Shown: positions 25,901 through 40,393, counted from the stretch's first letter. The stretch is 64,000 nucleotides of DNA from Azolla caroliniana (GCA_043228905.1 JBHGNT010000016.1:4836001-4900000); one strand, 5' to 3'. Numbers and translations: made by a program. Notes: a model not told the origin generated them from the sequence alone.

Positions 25901-28398
25901 AGGATGCACAAATCTTCATGTGAATTCTCTTTTATCTAGCCCTATGCAACATTGCCACATTCATGACCCATTTTTTGTATCAACATTGATGGTGTTGCTA
26001 TGTTTGCCCATTGACCACATTAGTGATCAAAGCATTTTGTTAATTGGGTTGTCTGGACTTTAACAATGGAATAAATTACTGTACATATGAGTGCAACACA
26101 CTACCCATGAGCAAATGACTTGGTTGCTTTGATGATAATGATTTCATAGATGATCCTACAACAAGACATCAACAAAAATAAAACCAACTAGGATTGGTAG
26201 TTGCAAATCACCATCCAGGCACATTGGATAAACTTCTAAACTAGTATTGATGCCACTCCATTGCATTTAGCATTTGGCTTGGATGGTGTAAATGCTAATT
26301 AGGTCCCCTGTCTCGAGTCTACAACTCCACACCACCATGTGCATGGATGAGCATATAATCTTTAAAGGAATGCAAGGCCACCCTCCCTTGGCTTGTTGAA
26401 GACTAGTAATCTAGGCATTGGGGAATATTGTTATTCCTCTCATTTAATTTTCGCAACATAAATTCACAAGCATGGTTAACATGCATTGAAACTTTGAATG
26501 ATGATTAAATATAGTAATCACGAGACAAGTTTCCACATCCTCAAACACCATTTATAAACCTCTTCAATGCTATAAAAGAGATTGTTTTCTAGCCCTTCAC
26601 TTTCTTTTTTTCATGTTTTTTTGTTCTTATGTTATCTTTTGCTCTCTTTCTAATGTCCTTGTGCAAATGGCCATACATTTTTAAAACTCTTTGCTCCTTG
26701 ACAATGGTCTAAAGGGGACCATCTAAGTGATGAACACATCATTGCACACGTGCATTGTCAAGTTGTGCCGAGATGCCATTTTGACCCTACCATTAAGCAA
26801 CAAATTATTACACTTTTTCATTTCTTGCACGATGTAACCATCAAATCCACTATACCCAATATGGAGATGATCATTCAATACTTTGGGCCATTCTCAATCT
26901 CATCCAAAATTTAGAACTCATAGTATGGCCATGACCCCCCCCCCCCCCCAACCTTGCATTCATTCATGGAACTTGTTGTCCCATGAGCTTTCCATTTGTT
27001 GGTTGTCTAACAAATACACATCTAGAAGGCCATAAAGTATAGAATAGGTTGGCCTTGCGTTCATTCATGAAACTCAATCTCCAATAAGTGTATGTTAAAG
27101 CCATAAATAATGTATATTAAAGTATAATAAATCCCTGTTGATCACACATTACTTTGATAGTCATCATCTTTTCAATATATAGGCTCAAAGAGACACAAGA
27201 ACCTGCTCAACATACACTAGTTAAAACTCTATGAATAAACACATCATGGGTTTGAGTTTGATTAACATCGTTGGTCAACCATGAGGTCAATAAACAACAA
27301 AATATGGAGAGATTAGTTTGCCACCACAAGGGTAGGCACGTGCCAACATCACCCACTCCACATTAGTGATGCTCACAACTGGAAACATGGGGCACTAAAA
27401 TCTGAACCTTAGACATGCAAAGAGAAGAGCTCCATAAACCAAAGATAATTGACCAAGAATAATCCAGGGATGCAAATATGTTAGCTAAAAGGAAGCTCTA
27501 ACTTGCAGTGGCTCATGAGGTGCAACTAACCTTAGAAAAAAGAAATACTTTAGAATTCCTAGATGAAATATTTTAAGATAGACAATTGACACTAGCCACA
27601 ATACACATGAGTGTAGGTTCACTAGGCACTTCCAATTGGCCCACCTGGTGGAGTGTGTGTACATATAACATATATCATGTTCATGCAAACAATGTAAAAG
27701 AAAGAAAGAAATAGAGCAAAAAGGAAAAATCAAACAATCTTTCGTTTCTTGTCTTCCATCTTATGCTTCTGTTTGACACAACTCACCCTCTGAATAAAAC
27801 TCATCTGGTCAACCTCACTAATAACCTATTTATTTGATATGTATGCATATAGAGTGAAATAATGAAAAAAATCCTAAATTCTTGTGACCTTATTTGCAAA
27901 GAATAACACTATGGTAACTATTTGAATGGTGCTAGCATTTGGACTTGTCACATGAGATAATGCACTAGAACCATATACTTTTCAGTAAAAATTAAGGTTC
28001 ATTTGATAGGTCATGGTCATGGTCATGGTATTCCAATGATGATATGAGATACTCCCCTTTCATTTTTCACCCATGTTAAATCATATATGTGCTTGTAAAC
28101 CTGATTGGTTGACTTAGTTACATCATGGATTGATCTTTAGTAAAATATCAGGATTAAATATATAAAGTACAAATTGTTGAATGACCAGCAGAACTGATAT
28201 GAATCCATTATCTCAAATAGCATTGCGGGTTCCACTAGAGTGAATGATGAGACCTTACTATTATCGAGCTCCCAGGTATTAATGCTGAGATCTGTGAGAA
28301 ATAGTGCAACTTGATAATCAGTGAGCAATATTGTTAAAACACTGGAAAATAAAGCTATAGATATACTGTGGTAGAATATACCGATTGATAAAATAGTA

Positions 28399-31300
28399 TT
28401 ATGCAGAAGCCTTCAAAAGTCCATTATGCCGTAGGAGCGCATCTGTAGTTGGTTCTCTACCACGGAAGTCAACAAACACCTGTGGTCACGAAAAATATTA
28501 TTAACAAGCTGCAGATTGTGCAGAGAAATCTCAAGATTTATGAAAATCGTTCCAGTTTTAATTACATGAATCTCAAATGAAATAGAAAAAGAAAAACTTG
28601 GCAATCTAGTTGTCATGTGAGATAAAAGGCAAAACTCAGTTGCATTGACAAATGATAGATATTTAAGGCTGACAGATGAAAAGCATGCTATACAATCTTC
28701 GCCCAAACTATGACGTATTGCTCCTAGTTAGGCAAAAACATGAAATTCAAGAATGACAATGCCACATTGCTAACACATATCCAGAACAAATTCCAAGAGA
28801 ATGTGGACTATGAGATGCATAATACTGTTTTAGTTATCGAGTATAAATTTTAGTATGGTACATCTCATTGCCTGCTAGTAGTCCACTTCCTCTATTCATC
28901 CAGCCATCTGTACCTATTTTCATAGGCACCATCTGCTTCCTTTGTCTCCATCCTATGTAAACTTTGCCTATCCCCTTGTGCCCAATCGCTCCCATGTGAA
29001 GTACAGCATCCAACCATAATTTAGATGTATTTCGAAAACAATCTAAACTTCGTGTCTCATGCCACCCTCATTCCTTACATCTGCTTGTATGCAAGATTTT
29101 TGTGTGCAGGTCAGACAGGTTATCCACAATCCCATTTGTAAATTCTTGTAAAAGTGTCAGGTGCTTAATTAATTAGAGGTATTCCTATGTGTCAGATAGG
29201 ACACTAGCATAGGTATTCTTATGTGTCAGATAAGAAATTAGCTTAGGATAAGACTTGGTAATAACATGTATCAGAAAAGACATTGACATCGGCAGCCTGT
29301 GTATCGAATACTTAACACGCATATCCAAATACATTTTTACCTTCAGGGGTGGTCTGCCTCCACCTAAGGCAAGGACAGTCTCACGGAACCTATTTCCTGT
29401 CTCTTTAACGGCCTGCATATAGACATGCATTTGTCTTGATAATCTCATAATGGAGTTTCTTAGACCAATGAAAGCAGTTTCAAGCAGTTATTTACTTCTA
29501 TATCACTCAAACCAGCATCCTCAAATGCTGAAAATGCATCTGCTGATAACACCTCAGCCCACTGCAAAAACAAAATTGTTGAATTTACTTTGCTGTTCGT
29601 TCACCAGTGAATTTTTCTACTTACAAAAACTCTAAATGGTTATACCTTATAACTGTAGTAGCCTGCAGAATAACCCCCTATCCAAGACAAATGCAAAGGT
29701 AAATCCAAATCCATCAATAATTGTAATTGCATAGCTACTAAAAAAAGTAATCAGAAACATTTCACCTGCAAATATATGTTGGAAACTGCATAGGAATCTG
29801 TCATTTGGCAAAATCGGAATCACACAAGTTCTTTTACTGACTCTTCTATCAACGTCAAAAATAGTTTCTTCAGCACCAGGTACATAGTTTGAATGCAACT
29901 CCAGGTCCACCATTGCAAAATGTATCTGTTCAAGAGCAATACATCCAGTAAATCTCAATGTCTGATTTCAAGAACTACAGAATATTGATAAAAGATGAGG
30001 TACAGAAGTTTCAATCAATATGTATGCATTCAGATGTATGTTCCGCAACTGCATGTATATGGCTTCAATATTTTCCAGGAAAACATAAGTTACCTGTCGC
30101 AGAGTTTGTGAAGCTGCCCTAAATGTTCTTGCAGCCAAAAGTTTTTGATATATCTCTTCTGAAAGTGTTTCTCCAGTTTCAAAATGCTTGGCGATGCCCA
30201 GAAGGGTTGCTCTGTCCATAAAAACAACCACTCTATCTCTACGTAATCTTTATAGTCCTATACATAGCATCCATCAGTCAACTGTAATGTGGCCAATTCC
30301 ATGTTCTGTGATTCTAATTCTAATAAACTAGTGCCGCTTGACAAAGTAAGCATGAGAGATGTGTTTTGATCACTTTGATCTTTTGAAAATATGAATATTG
30401 GAGTTGTAATCCTGGTTGCCTTGGAAGTAGCAACGGAAAATATATCAACATCCTTGTTTACTTTCCATTTTAAGGCAGCCAACACCATTTTCCTAAAAGC
30501 CCTGATGTGTCTGAGAGACAGAAATGAAACAAGACCAAAAGTTATATATTATTATGGTCGGCCATTCCTACAATAATGACATTATCTGGCTGCATGATGA
30601 AATCTATCTGATGATTTGCTGAATGGAAGGAAAGACGTAAAAATCATGTTTTCCTGCATAAGACATTAAATGGCCTAGTAAAATGCCTTCGTTTTTTTAT
30701 GTTGCTTGATGGATTAGTGCAGAATTCATGAAATATACATCGACTCTCATTTGTCAGCAGTTCCCTGGATTGACTGAAATATGAAAATTTCCTTGACCAT
30801 GGAAAGGCTTGTTGCAACAATCGCTACATTATTAAGTGTGGTTGTTTTGTCTCTGACTCCGAATGGAACTAAAAGCCAGTTCAAAAAAATATGAGACACA
30901 AATATTGTAGGCAACTAAAAGATTGAGAAACAACCTTTTGAGAAAATGATATAAATTGACCGTAGCTTGCTAATTTCAAATCTTTTCCACGCATGCGTAC
31001 TGGGAAGATTGGAAAGAGGTACTTCAAGAGCATGCAACAACACCAACCCTACTGGGTACTTAGCAACTTCAATAGCATGCAATGCTTCACAACAACACTG
31101 ATACCTATTAAGACAAATAAACCTATACCTTGAAAATGACAACAGGAAAGTTAAAATAAATGTCGTCAATGCTTGGTGATATGGCTGAGAAGGAATCATA
31201 GCATGATTCCTGAAGGTACTACATGAGAAACTCGTATAAACTATGTTTATATCTTACGTTTCATTGTTGTGGCATTTGACTTGACGACTGTAAATATGAG

Positions 31301-34300
31301 CTATGCGATATTTTATATTTCATATTCTGGCCTGTACATTTCAGGTAATGTTGACACAAGGATTTCATAACGTAGACTCCCCCCCATTATGATTGTAGAT
31401 GTTGACTGCAGTCTAAAGGCCGCTTAAGAATAGCAATAGGAAAGTTTCAGAACAAGTACCATTTATTTCTCTTCATGAGAAGGATAATCATTCAAATATA
31501 CATTGCTCTTAGTTGTATCTGAAAACCACTGAAACCTAAAATAACTGTTTCATAATTCCAACCTGGCTATATCTGAATCCATCAGAGAAAATCACCTCTT
31601 TCAAAAATGTAAGGAACTCTCCAGGTTATATCCCTCAGAAAATCCGTCATTATATAATGCTTCAGAGAAAATAAATTTCTTTATGCGGGTAGATAATAGA
31701 TACATTTACTGTGTAGCATTCAACTATCACACCACTTTTAAATATGTAACAACTGCATACCTATGGTAGCACCAGTTTTCCATGAACTGAGAAGGAAGTT
31801 CAACAGCATCCCATTCAATGCCACGGATGCCTGAAACCAGGCCTTCATCTTGCTTTGTGAGCATGTGTTGTAGAGCATGCCCAAACTCGTGAAAAATTGT
31901 TTCAACCTGATATTATATAACCACTTATAAACATTCAAAGAGAATAATAAATCTAGTAGTGTCATCACAGTTTACCTCACGGAAAGTCATGAGACTTGGC
32001 TTTGTTCCAACAGGTGGAGTTTGATTGCAAACCATGTGTGCAACTGGAAGCCTTGCATAGCTTCCTTTTGGAGCAAACAACTTGCTACGACCAAAAACTT
32101 CATCCATCCAAGCTCCGCCTTTCTTCTCAGATGGTCTGGAATAGGGGTCCAAATAGAAATAAGCAATTACCTCCCCTGTCAAGTCTTTGACCTTGAAAAA
32201 TCTGACATCCTGATGCCAAACCTATATTCATACCCATTCATTGATTAGCAAATCAAAAACTTCTAACACGCCAAACATCAGCATCAAATAAGAAAGGTAC
32301 TTACTGGAGCCAGTCCGTCTGCGGCTTCAATGTTAATCCCAAATAAATTTTTGGCTAGCCCAAACAAGCCATCAATGACATTTGGCAGTGCAAAAAAGGG
32401 TCTCAATTCTTCCTGTTAGGTATGGAGAATTTCAATGAGCAAGTAACTGATGTTAATCGATGCTCATAATAGAAAACATGAATTTTAAACTAGATGTCAT
32501 GGAAACTACTAAAAATTATGTTGCTGCCATTATAAAAATTAAAGAATCTTATTCAACAAGAACAAGGAAGAACATTGTTAATAGGAAATCATCCTCCATT
32601 ATTTTTCGCAATATTGTGTATTAATGCAACTGCAATGGTGAAACTGTTACAAGCATAACCATAATTTATCCCGTGATAGTTTGTATAGTAGCGTTCTACA
32701 CACAAGGATAAAAATGTGAGGGTTAATCAACAGTGTAAAGGTAGGAGGACTACTTTTAATCCTAGGGAGGGATTGAGACAACCCTTAAGGGCCAAGTGTG
32801 AATATGCCTAGGGGCATTAGGTTTGGCTATAAATATGAGGTCTACATTGAGGTTGTAATCTTGTGGTGAACAGACTATTGTGATGATGCCATGACAGTGG
32901 TATGGAACACTGTTCAAGTCTCAGGTCTGTCTCAATCCCTTCGCTCAGGGGTGGTCGGGTGGATCAACACCCTTCTTTCTCTCTCTGTCTCTTTACTATC
33001 TATCATCTATTTCCTTATTTATGCTTACATTAGAAATAAGCTCTAACATGTGATATCACAATGACTTTCTAATGTTTCTATTGTCGATGTTTATTTCTTT
33101 CTGATGGTGATCGATCGATCAATATGAGGTTTATGCCTCTATTGCATGTTACATACGTTATTACGTTTGATATGAGGTCAATACCTTGCGATGTGTCATA
33201 TGTGTATGAGGGCAGGCAATACCTCAATTGCGTATTATGTTCACTTTTAGTTTTTGGATGTTGCATGTAAGTAGAGGCCACATACCTCGATCATGTATCT
33301 TGATTACATCATTTGTTGGTTTATGTCTTGTTAACCATTCTTTTATATATACATTTCTGCTCTCAACGAGGCATTGCTCGCCAATTTTCTACACCCAATA
33401 CTCCTCAACAAAATGGAGTCGTGGAAAGGAAGAACCGGACAGTCCAAGAGATGGCTCGTACGATGCTATCTCAATCTGATCTTCCTCTCTCGTTTTGGGG
33501 TGAAGCTGTCAACACAGCAGTCTACATCATCAACTGCTGCCCAACAAAAGCAGTTGCTAGAATGACGCCTGAAGAAGCATTTACAGGTGTAAAGCCCTCA
33601 ATATCTCATTTTAAAGTCTTTGGTTGTGATGCTTATGTTCACATTTCAGATCATAAAAGGACGAAATTTGAGTCCAAAACCAAGAAATGCAAATTTCTTG
33701 GTTACAGCACACAATCTAAAGCATACATGTTATGGGATTTAGAGTCAAAGTCCCTAGTCATATCTAGGGATGTTCATTTTGTGGAGTCTCAGCCGGATGA
33801 TTCTAGGATTTTACCTGAGTTCATGGTTGAAATCCAAGCTCCTCCGGAATCTCCTATTTTAGACGAAGATGTCTCATCTTCAAGCCCCCCATCTCCTCCT
33901 ACTCAATCTCTAACTTCGCCAACAATTCAAACCTCTCCCTCAACTCCACTTGTTTCCACTCCCTTTACAAACCAACTTCCACCACTTCCCAAGTGGCTTC
34001 AAGCCACCATTCGTGATTCTCATCTCTCCGATGCTGAACTTCATGAGTATACATCTGGTTCTCGAACACGTAAGTCACAACGGCCTCTTCACTCATGCAA
34101 CTTTGCCTTATTGTGCACTGTTGTGCAATCAAAAGAACCCACAACAGCAAAAGAGGCCCTTGTTCTTCCAAAGTGGAAAGCAGCAATGGAAGTTGAACTT
34201 GATTCCATTGAGCGGAATCATACATGGGAGCTGGTCCCACGGCCTCCACATCGACAAGTCATTGGATTGAAATGGATTTTCAAGACCAAATACCATGCTG

Positions 34301-37300
34301 ATGGTACTTTGGATAAGCACAAGGCACGTTTAGTGGCAAAAGGCTACTCACAAGTTGAAGGAGTGGATTATGAGGAAACTTTTGCTCCAACAGCAAGGTA
34401 CACATCTATCCGATGTGCGCTTGCACTTGCTGCTCACAACAAATGGGCCATTTTTCAAATGGATGTCAAGTCAGCCTTCCTTAACGGTGACTTGAAAGAG
34501 GAGGTTTATGTTGAACAGCCTCCAGGTTTCGAGATTTTAGAGCAAAAAAACATGGTCTACAAGTTACACAAAGCCTTGTATGGCTTAAAGCAAGCTCCCA
34601 AAGCTTGGCATGACAAAATTGATAGCTTCTTTCTTTCTCTTGGGTTTCAAAACTGTAATGCTGACAGCAATCTCTATGTTTTTTCCCAAGATAATTTGCT
34701 TTGCTTGATCATATTATATGTTGACGACCTTCTAATTACAGGGTCCCTTGCATCTAAAATCGAGGAGGTCCGCGCTGACCTCAAAACAACCTTTGAAATG
34801 ACTGATCTAGGACTTCTCCATTATTTCATAGGTATGGAGGTCTATCAATCACATGGTGGTATCTTTCTTAGCCAACATAGGTATCTCAGGCAGCTCCTTG
34901 AGACCTATAGCATGACAAATTGCAAGCCACTCTCCTGTCCAATGGATCCAAACTCAAAGCTATCTCGTGAAGACGATTCTCCCATATTTGAGGATATCAC
35001 GAAATATAGGAGATTAATCGGGTCCCTTCTTCACTTAACTTATACCAGGCCTGATTTGTCCTATAGCGTGAGTATTCTCAGCCAATTCTCAACTGCTCCA
35101 AGACAAAGTCATTGGCAAGCAGCTATTCGAGTTCTTCGGTATTTGGCCAACACACTCGACTATGGTCTATCTTTTAGAGGCGGCATTGAGCTTGTTGGCT
35201 ACTCAGATGCTGATTGGGCAGGTGATATTGATTCTAGAAGGTCCACATCTGGCTATTGTTTTATGTTAGGTTCAGGCTTGATTTCTTGGAAATCGAAGAA
35301 GCAAAACTCAGTTTCTACTTCATCGACGGAAGCTGAATATCGCGCCTACTTGGATACTTGCTGTGAGTTGCTATGGTTGATGCAATTGTTTTCTCACATT
35401 GGTGTTTTGCAAGCCTCTCCTATTGCAGTTTTCACCGACAGCCAAAGTGCACGTGCCTTGGCACATAGCTCAGCATTTCATGGTAGAACAAAACACATCG
35501 AAGTGCACTACCATTTTGTTCGTGACTTAGTGAAATCACAAGTCATCAACTTGGCATATTGCCCTACTCAAGAAAATGTGGCTGATTTATTTACTAAGCC
35601 ACTTCCAAGGCAAGCCATTGATCAGCTCCTTGATCGACTCAATGTTGGACTGCCGTTCTGGAGCTGAGAGGAGGTGTTGGAGGGTGGCAGCTCCAGCCCT
35701 GCACTCTCTTTCATATTTATTATCTTTGTACTACATTCTCTCTTTTCTCAGATTCTTCTCTCTCTAGAATCTGCAACTCTTTAAATGCCTTCTCTCTCTA
35801 GAATCTGCAATGCTTTAAATGCCTTTTCTCTCTTCTACCTTTTCCAAGATATTCCTAGTTTTTTGTACCTGTTTGGTAGTACAAGAGTCACTTAACTACC
35901 AAACAGCCATTTCACCCACATTCCCCAATTTTGTATAAATAGGCTATACCAGCCTCTTTTGTATAAGTTTTCATTTTCTTTTTTGCTACTTAAAACAAGC
36001 TCTATTCCTTGGCTGTGTCTCTACTCTTTGCAACCATTTTTTCTACTGCTGTCTAACAGCCTTCTCACAGCTTGGTTGTGCCTATTTTGTTTTAAGTCTT
36101 CCGCTGCTGCTATTAACAGCTTTTCTCACAGACAATCCTTTTTCAATTCTAACCCCGCATCCACATTATAAATAGTGTCTTGCTTGACCTGTGTTTACCT
36201 AACTCAAATCTAACCCGGTTCGTACAGGTCTACTAGCTTGTGCATACAATGTAATTTTGGGGTTAGACTTGGAACCCAAGTTAAAATATATTATTGGGTT
36301 AGATGCCGATTAGAATATATTAACTGAGTTAGTAGAAGGTTATAATATAATTACTAGGTTAAAACAAGTTAGAAATAGAGGCCACAATCTCTCCCTTCAG
36401 CATGTTTTTCTCTCTCTAGATTTACTTTATTCCAATATTGATTTCGATTGACTTTTCAGCCTACCACTACTTCATTACAGCATTTGCTAGATTGTTCTTT
36501 TCTCTCCACTAATCCACTACTTTACGTCATTATGTAGCTGGGCATATTTATCCCCATTTGTTAAGCCAATGCAGCCTCTTTGGCACCTTACAACTAAAAT
36601 TGTTCAACAGTTTTCTCACATTCTCAACATTATATAAAAAAACAAAAAAGATGACGAAAGACCTCATTGATATTGTATTTTGATTCTCGAAGACGCTCAC
36701 TCCAAAAAGTAGCATCCCAAAGGCACATGTCTTCACCCTCAACTGCACCTTGCTCTTTTGCAAGTGCCTTCAGATCCTCTAGATCTACATGCAACCAAAT
36801 TAAGAGTGCCACAAATTATGCAACCAGAACTACAACATATCATCAGCATCATTTGTACTAAAAGGTGATAAATGTCCACTGAGGCCTTCTAAACCATATA
36901 ATTTTCCACGTACCCCCAATAATCAAGCGCATATATATTTCTTTTTCTACCTTAAATACTAGGAGTTACGGAGAACATGTGTGAATATGGCCTACGATGC
37001 AGTGACACCAACTTCTTTTGCCCAAAACATAAAATATCTCTAACTCGACAAATACCTTTTAAGGCAGGATCCCAGGATGTACTTCGTAGATCTTCTAATA
37101 ACTGCTTTGCCTTCTCGGTAGTTGCCATTTTCATTGCCATACTCACCTATGAGACAAATAAATAAAATAAAACCATTAAATACACTAGTTTGGTTTGAGG
37201 TGATAAAATCTTCATCTATTTAAAGTAAATACCTCTGCATGATTGTTGTAACCAAGCAACTTTGCTTTTTCCAAGCGAAGCTTCAAGATCTTATTTATTA

Positions 37301-40300
37301 TTGGAGTATTATCAAGCTCTCCAAACGAGGCTCGGGTAATGAATGCACGATAGAGCTCTTCCCTGAGAGCACGATTGCGGACATGCTGCATGATGGGAAT
37401 GTAACTAGGGATGTCTAGTGTGATAAGCCATGGTCCATCTTCTGCAGTTGCACCTTCATGACCCTGCAATGATAAGCTTCGCTTAAGCCAAACCTTCTCG
37501 TGTGCAATTAATAATATTAATTTTACTTCAATGTAAACAGCTAGAACCTTTGTAGTTGCAGCTTGTGCAGCCAGACCAAGAGCTGTTGCAGGTAGCCCTA
37601 AAATATCGTTCTTGTCTGTGATCAATTTCTCATACTGTTTGGTCGAATCCAGAACATTTTCACTGAACTTTGTCGATAACTTTGCAAGCTCCTGAATCAT
37701 TCAAAACAAAAATGATAATTAGGAAATGAAATTTTGTCATATTCTTACAACTGCAATATTTTAATGAGCCAAAATCTATTAATGAAGTTCAGGACATAGA
37801 ATATACCTGGCGTATTTCATTAAAGCGTGACTTCTCTTCATTCTCCAACCCAACACCATTGAGTTTTGCCTCTTTCAAAGCACCTTAAATACAACACGGT
37901 TAACTTGAGATGCATTGTTTGTTAAAATTGTTTTACATCCTCCTCTACAAACTTGGATTTGAAACTACCTTCTACAACGCGTTGTTGAGCTTCATTTAAA
38001 GTCTCCCACATAGAACCTTCTTGTATTTCTTTGAAAGCATTATAAATTGGCTTGCTTTGACCCAATTTTAGGTCAAAGGCGACTTTTTCGGGCTGCATAT
38101 TTTCATAAATCATTAACATAGCAAACAAAAGTTCTTAATGAATCACAGATTTGCGAGGTGTACAATACATATAAAGGAAAACATATGTATTATAAAAAAC
38201 ACATTACATATAACACAATGACATCCTCTCTGAAGTTGAAGACATTTTGAAACTCCACTTGTTCCTCAAGTGGTAGGTAGCAACAGTGGAAAATTTTAGC
38301 TTCACCATGCCAAGAATTCTTAATTCTTGATATCAGTCTCGAATATTTGCATTGAAAGACATGGCATAACAAGTCACAGAACAGTCTATCCGCTTTTGAG
38401 TTATGAATCCATCATGGGCCAGAGTTGACTGAGGATTAATCACAATCATGGAATCAGGTGATGTTATTTTGAAGAATGGGCACTTAAATGAAAAAGAATC
38501 TTACCACATCAGTAGCTGGATTGTTAATCAGCCTATATTTACTCATTTCTTAACACATCAACCACTGGAATTTAAATGAATCAAACTTTTATAATTTCAC
38601 ATGATTCAAAGAATTGATCACCTGAACTGCTTCAACTGCTGATCTAAATTCACTAGAATCTTTCACAGCCTTGAGATGGTTCACAACACCCCACGCAACA
38701 GACAATTTATCAACAATCCTTTCCATAGGCTCAACCACTTCTGACCATGTTGGCTTCACATTTTCTTCTAGCTTGGCTAAGTCTGCTTCCTGCAGAGGTT
38801 GCTCAAAATATGATAGGCAGAAGGAAAAACTAAAGAAGAAAAAATTTGATTCAAAATGTGCCAAGCTTTTAATTACTAAGCATTTACTGCTCCCCATATG
38901 AAACACATTAGAGCAGCATAAAGAAGGTAAATGGAATATGATGTGATGTCACCTTTAACTTCGACTTCCTGAACATATATGAAAGGAATCATTCATATAC
39001 CATCAAAATACCAAACCAAGAGTGAACTTATGGATGTAAGAGAAAGCAAGAAAAACAAACGCAAAGAAGGAGAAAGGAATGACTTTATGAAAAGAAAACG
39101 AATGAAGATAGCACATAAGCGCGAACGCTATCAATCCACACTTCATAGTGAAAGCATAGTTGTTAAATAGCGCAAAAAGATCAAACCCAGCATGTATATA
39201 TCATAGACCAGACAAATGATGTCATTCCCACTCCCATCACAAGGACCCAAGAGTAGGTCTGGACTTGCATATAAGACCGATAGTAATGACGGTGAGAGAG
39301 TATATACAAGAGAGGACCTAACAGATGTTACTATACCACAAATTCAAGATCAATGGCAGGCATCAACATTGGTAACCATGCACTCTCACCGCCATTCATC
39401 CCATATATAGTAGTAATGCACTTCACACTTGTAAAAACATCTGAATAATCATTACCAATTGTAAAAGCTACCTCATGCATTAATATCACTATCATGGATC
39501 TTTACGAAACCTAGAGTTTTTATTCCAGCATGATAAGTTAAAGACTGCCATATTTATAATCAGGATTTTTCATATAGGCCAATTTCAGCTTCCAGCTTCT
39601 GGTAGACACTAATTTATATTTCTTCCTCTAAAAAATGGTGTATATTACCAATGTGAACAGAAAATGAGAAGAATTCCCAAATGTTTAAGGTAAAATAGTC
39701 CTCTCTAATTGAAGATGATGCAAGAGAAAAATAGCAAGAGGGAACGAACTTACCAGTTGTTTAAGGATGGCTCTTATGCCAGGAACAGAAATGGTGTAGA
39801 TTTCTTCCTCTAAAAATGGTGTATATTACCAATTTGAACAGAAAATGAGAAGAGTTCCCACATGTTTAAGATAGCATAATCTTCTTTAATTGAAGGCGAT
39901 GCATATTAAAAAGAAAAATAGCAAGAGGCGAAGAACTTACCAGCTGTTTAAGAATGAATCTTATGCCAGGAACCACATGCTTAGCTTCCACTGCATCGAA
40001 GCAAGGGAAACGAGAATCTTCATTCAGCAAGGGGTTGTTAACTAGTGATATGCTATCGTCTTCTTCTTTTTCTGCAGAAGGAACGTGAGATGCAGAAGCG
40101 GCGGCAGGAACAGAAGCAGAATCGGAAGAAGCCATGGTGGAGAACTTCAGCGAAGCCTGAAAGGCGTGTCTCCCGTGAGAAGGATCGGAGAAGACGGAGC
40201 AACGGCGACGATGAAGGGTTGTGGTTGATGTTGGCGGCGGCGTGGGGCGGGGTATGCGGAGATGAGAGCGAATGGAGGGGGAGCTATGGCGTGACTGTGG

Positions 40301-40393
40301 GGGACCGAAGAAACGCCGCGCTAGGGCTGACAGAGACAACGACGCTGAGGATGAGGGTATACACAAATGATGGGGTTGAGGCGCCATCGCCAT
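28399..40393 (-). CDS. OOP: Oligopeptidase A (peptidase M3A, OOP/TOP-like) with N-terminal transit peptide, about 812 aa, 17 exons
   Basis: Exons 40393-39941, 38789-38622, 38092-37969, 37883-37807, 37691-37548, 37463-37233, 37146-37056, 36784-36663, 32412-32305, 32221-31976, 31906-31761, 30211-30094, 29925-29766, 29677-29646, 29561-29496, 29412-29341, 28479-28399 (2439 nt). Zinc motif HEFGH, plus [52 protein letters not shown] and FRGREP. Confidence 0.95.
32715..33048 (+). mobile_element. Possible solo LTR in OOP intron 8
   Basis: Starts TGT and ends AACA, with internal CTATAAAT and a CT-rich 3' part typical of LTRs. No TSD or partner LTR found. Confidence 0.3.
33350..36165 (+). mobile_element. 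5'-truncated Ty1/copia (integrase C-half, RT, RNase H, PPT, 3' LTR) in OOP intron 8
   Basis: Open frame to TGA at 35667 with [34 protein letters not shown] and RTKHIEV. PPT GAGAGGAGG at 35666-35674, LTR from TGTTGG (35675) to about ...CCACA (36165). No gag, protease or 5' LTR. Confidence 0.9.
39616..39975. repeat. Tandem duplication of about 180 bp that includes the 3' end and donor site of OOP exon 1
   Basis: About 39616-39786 aligns to about 39800-39973, and both copies contain AACTTACCAG(T/C)TGTTTAAG. Confidence 0.85.

Noticed and set aside
24900-27300. Possible ancient TE remnants, e.g. a DDPTTR-like RNase H echo near 26150
   Set aside because: Too degraded to assign a family, strand or boundaries by eye. 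It needs a profile search.
28399-40393. Bacterial prlC acquired by recent transfer or contamination
   Set aside because: It has sixteen spliceosomal introns and a transit peptide, and plants normally carry this family.
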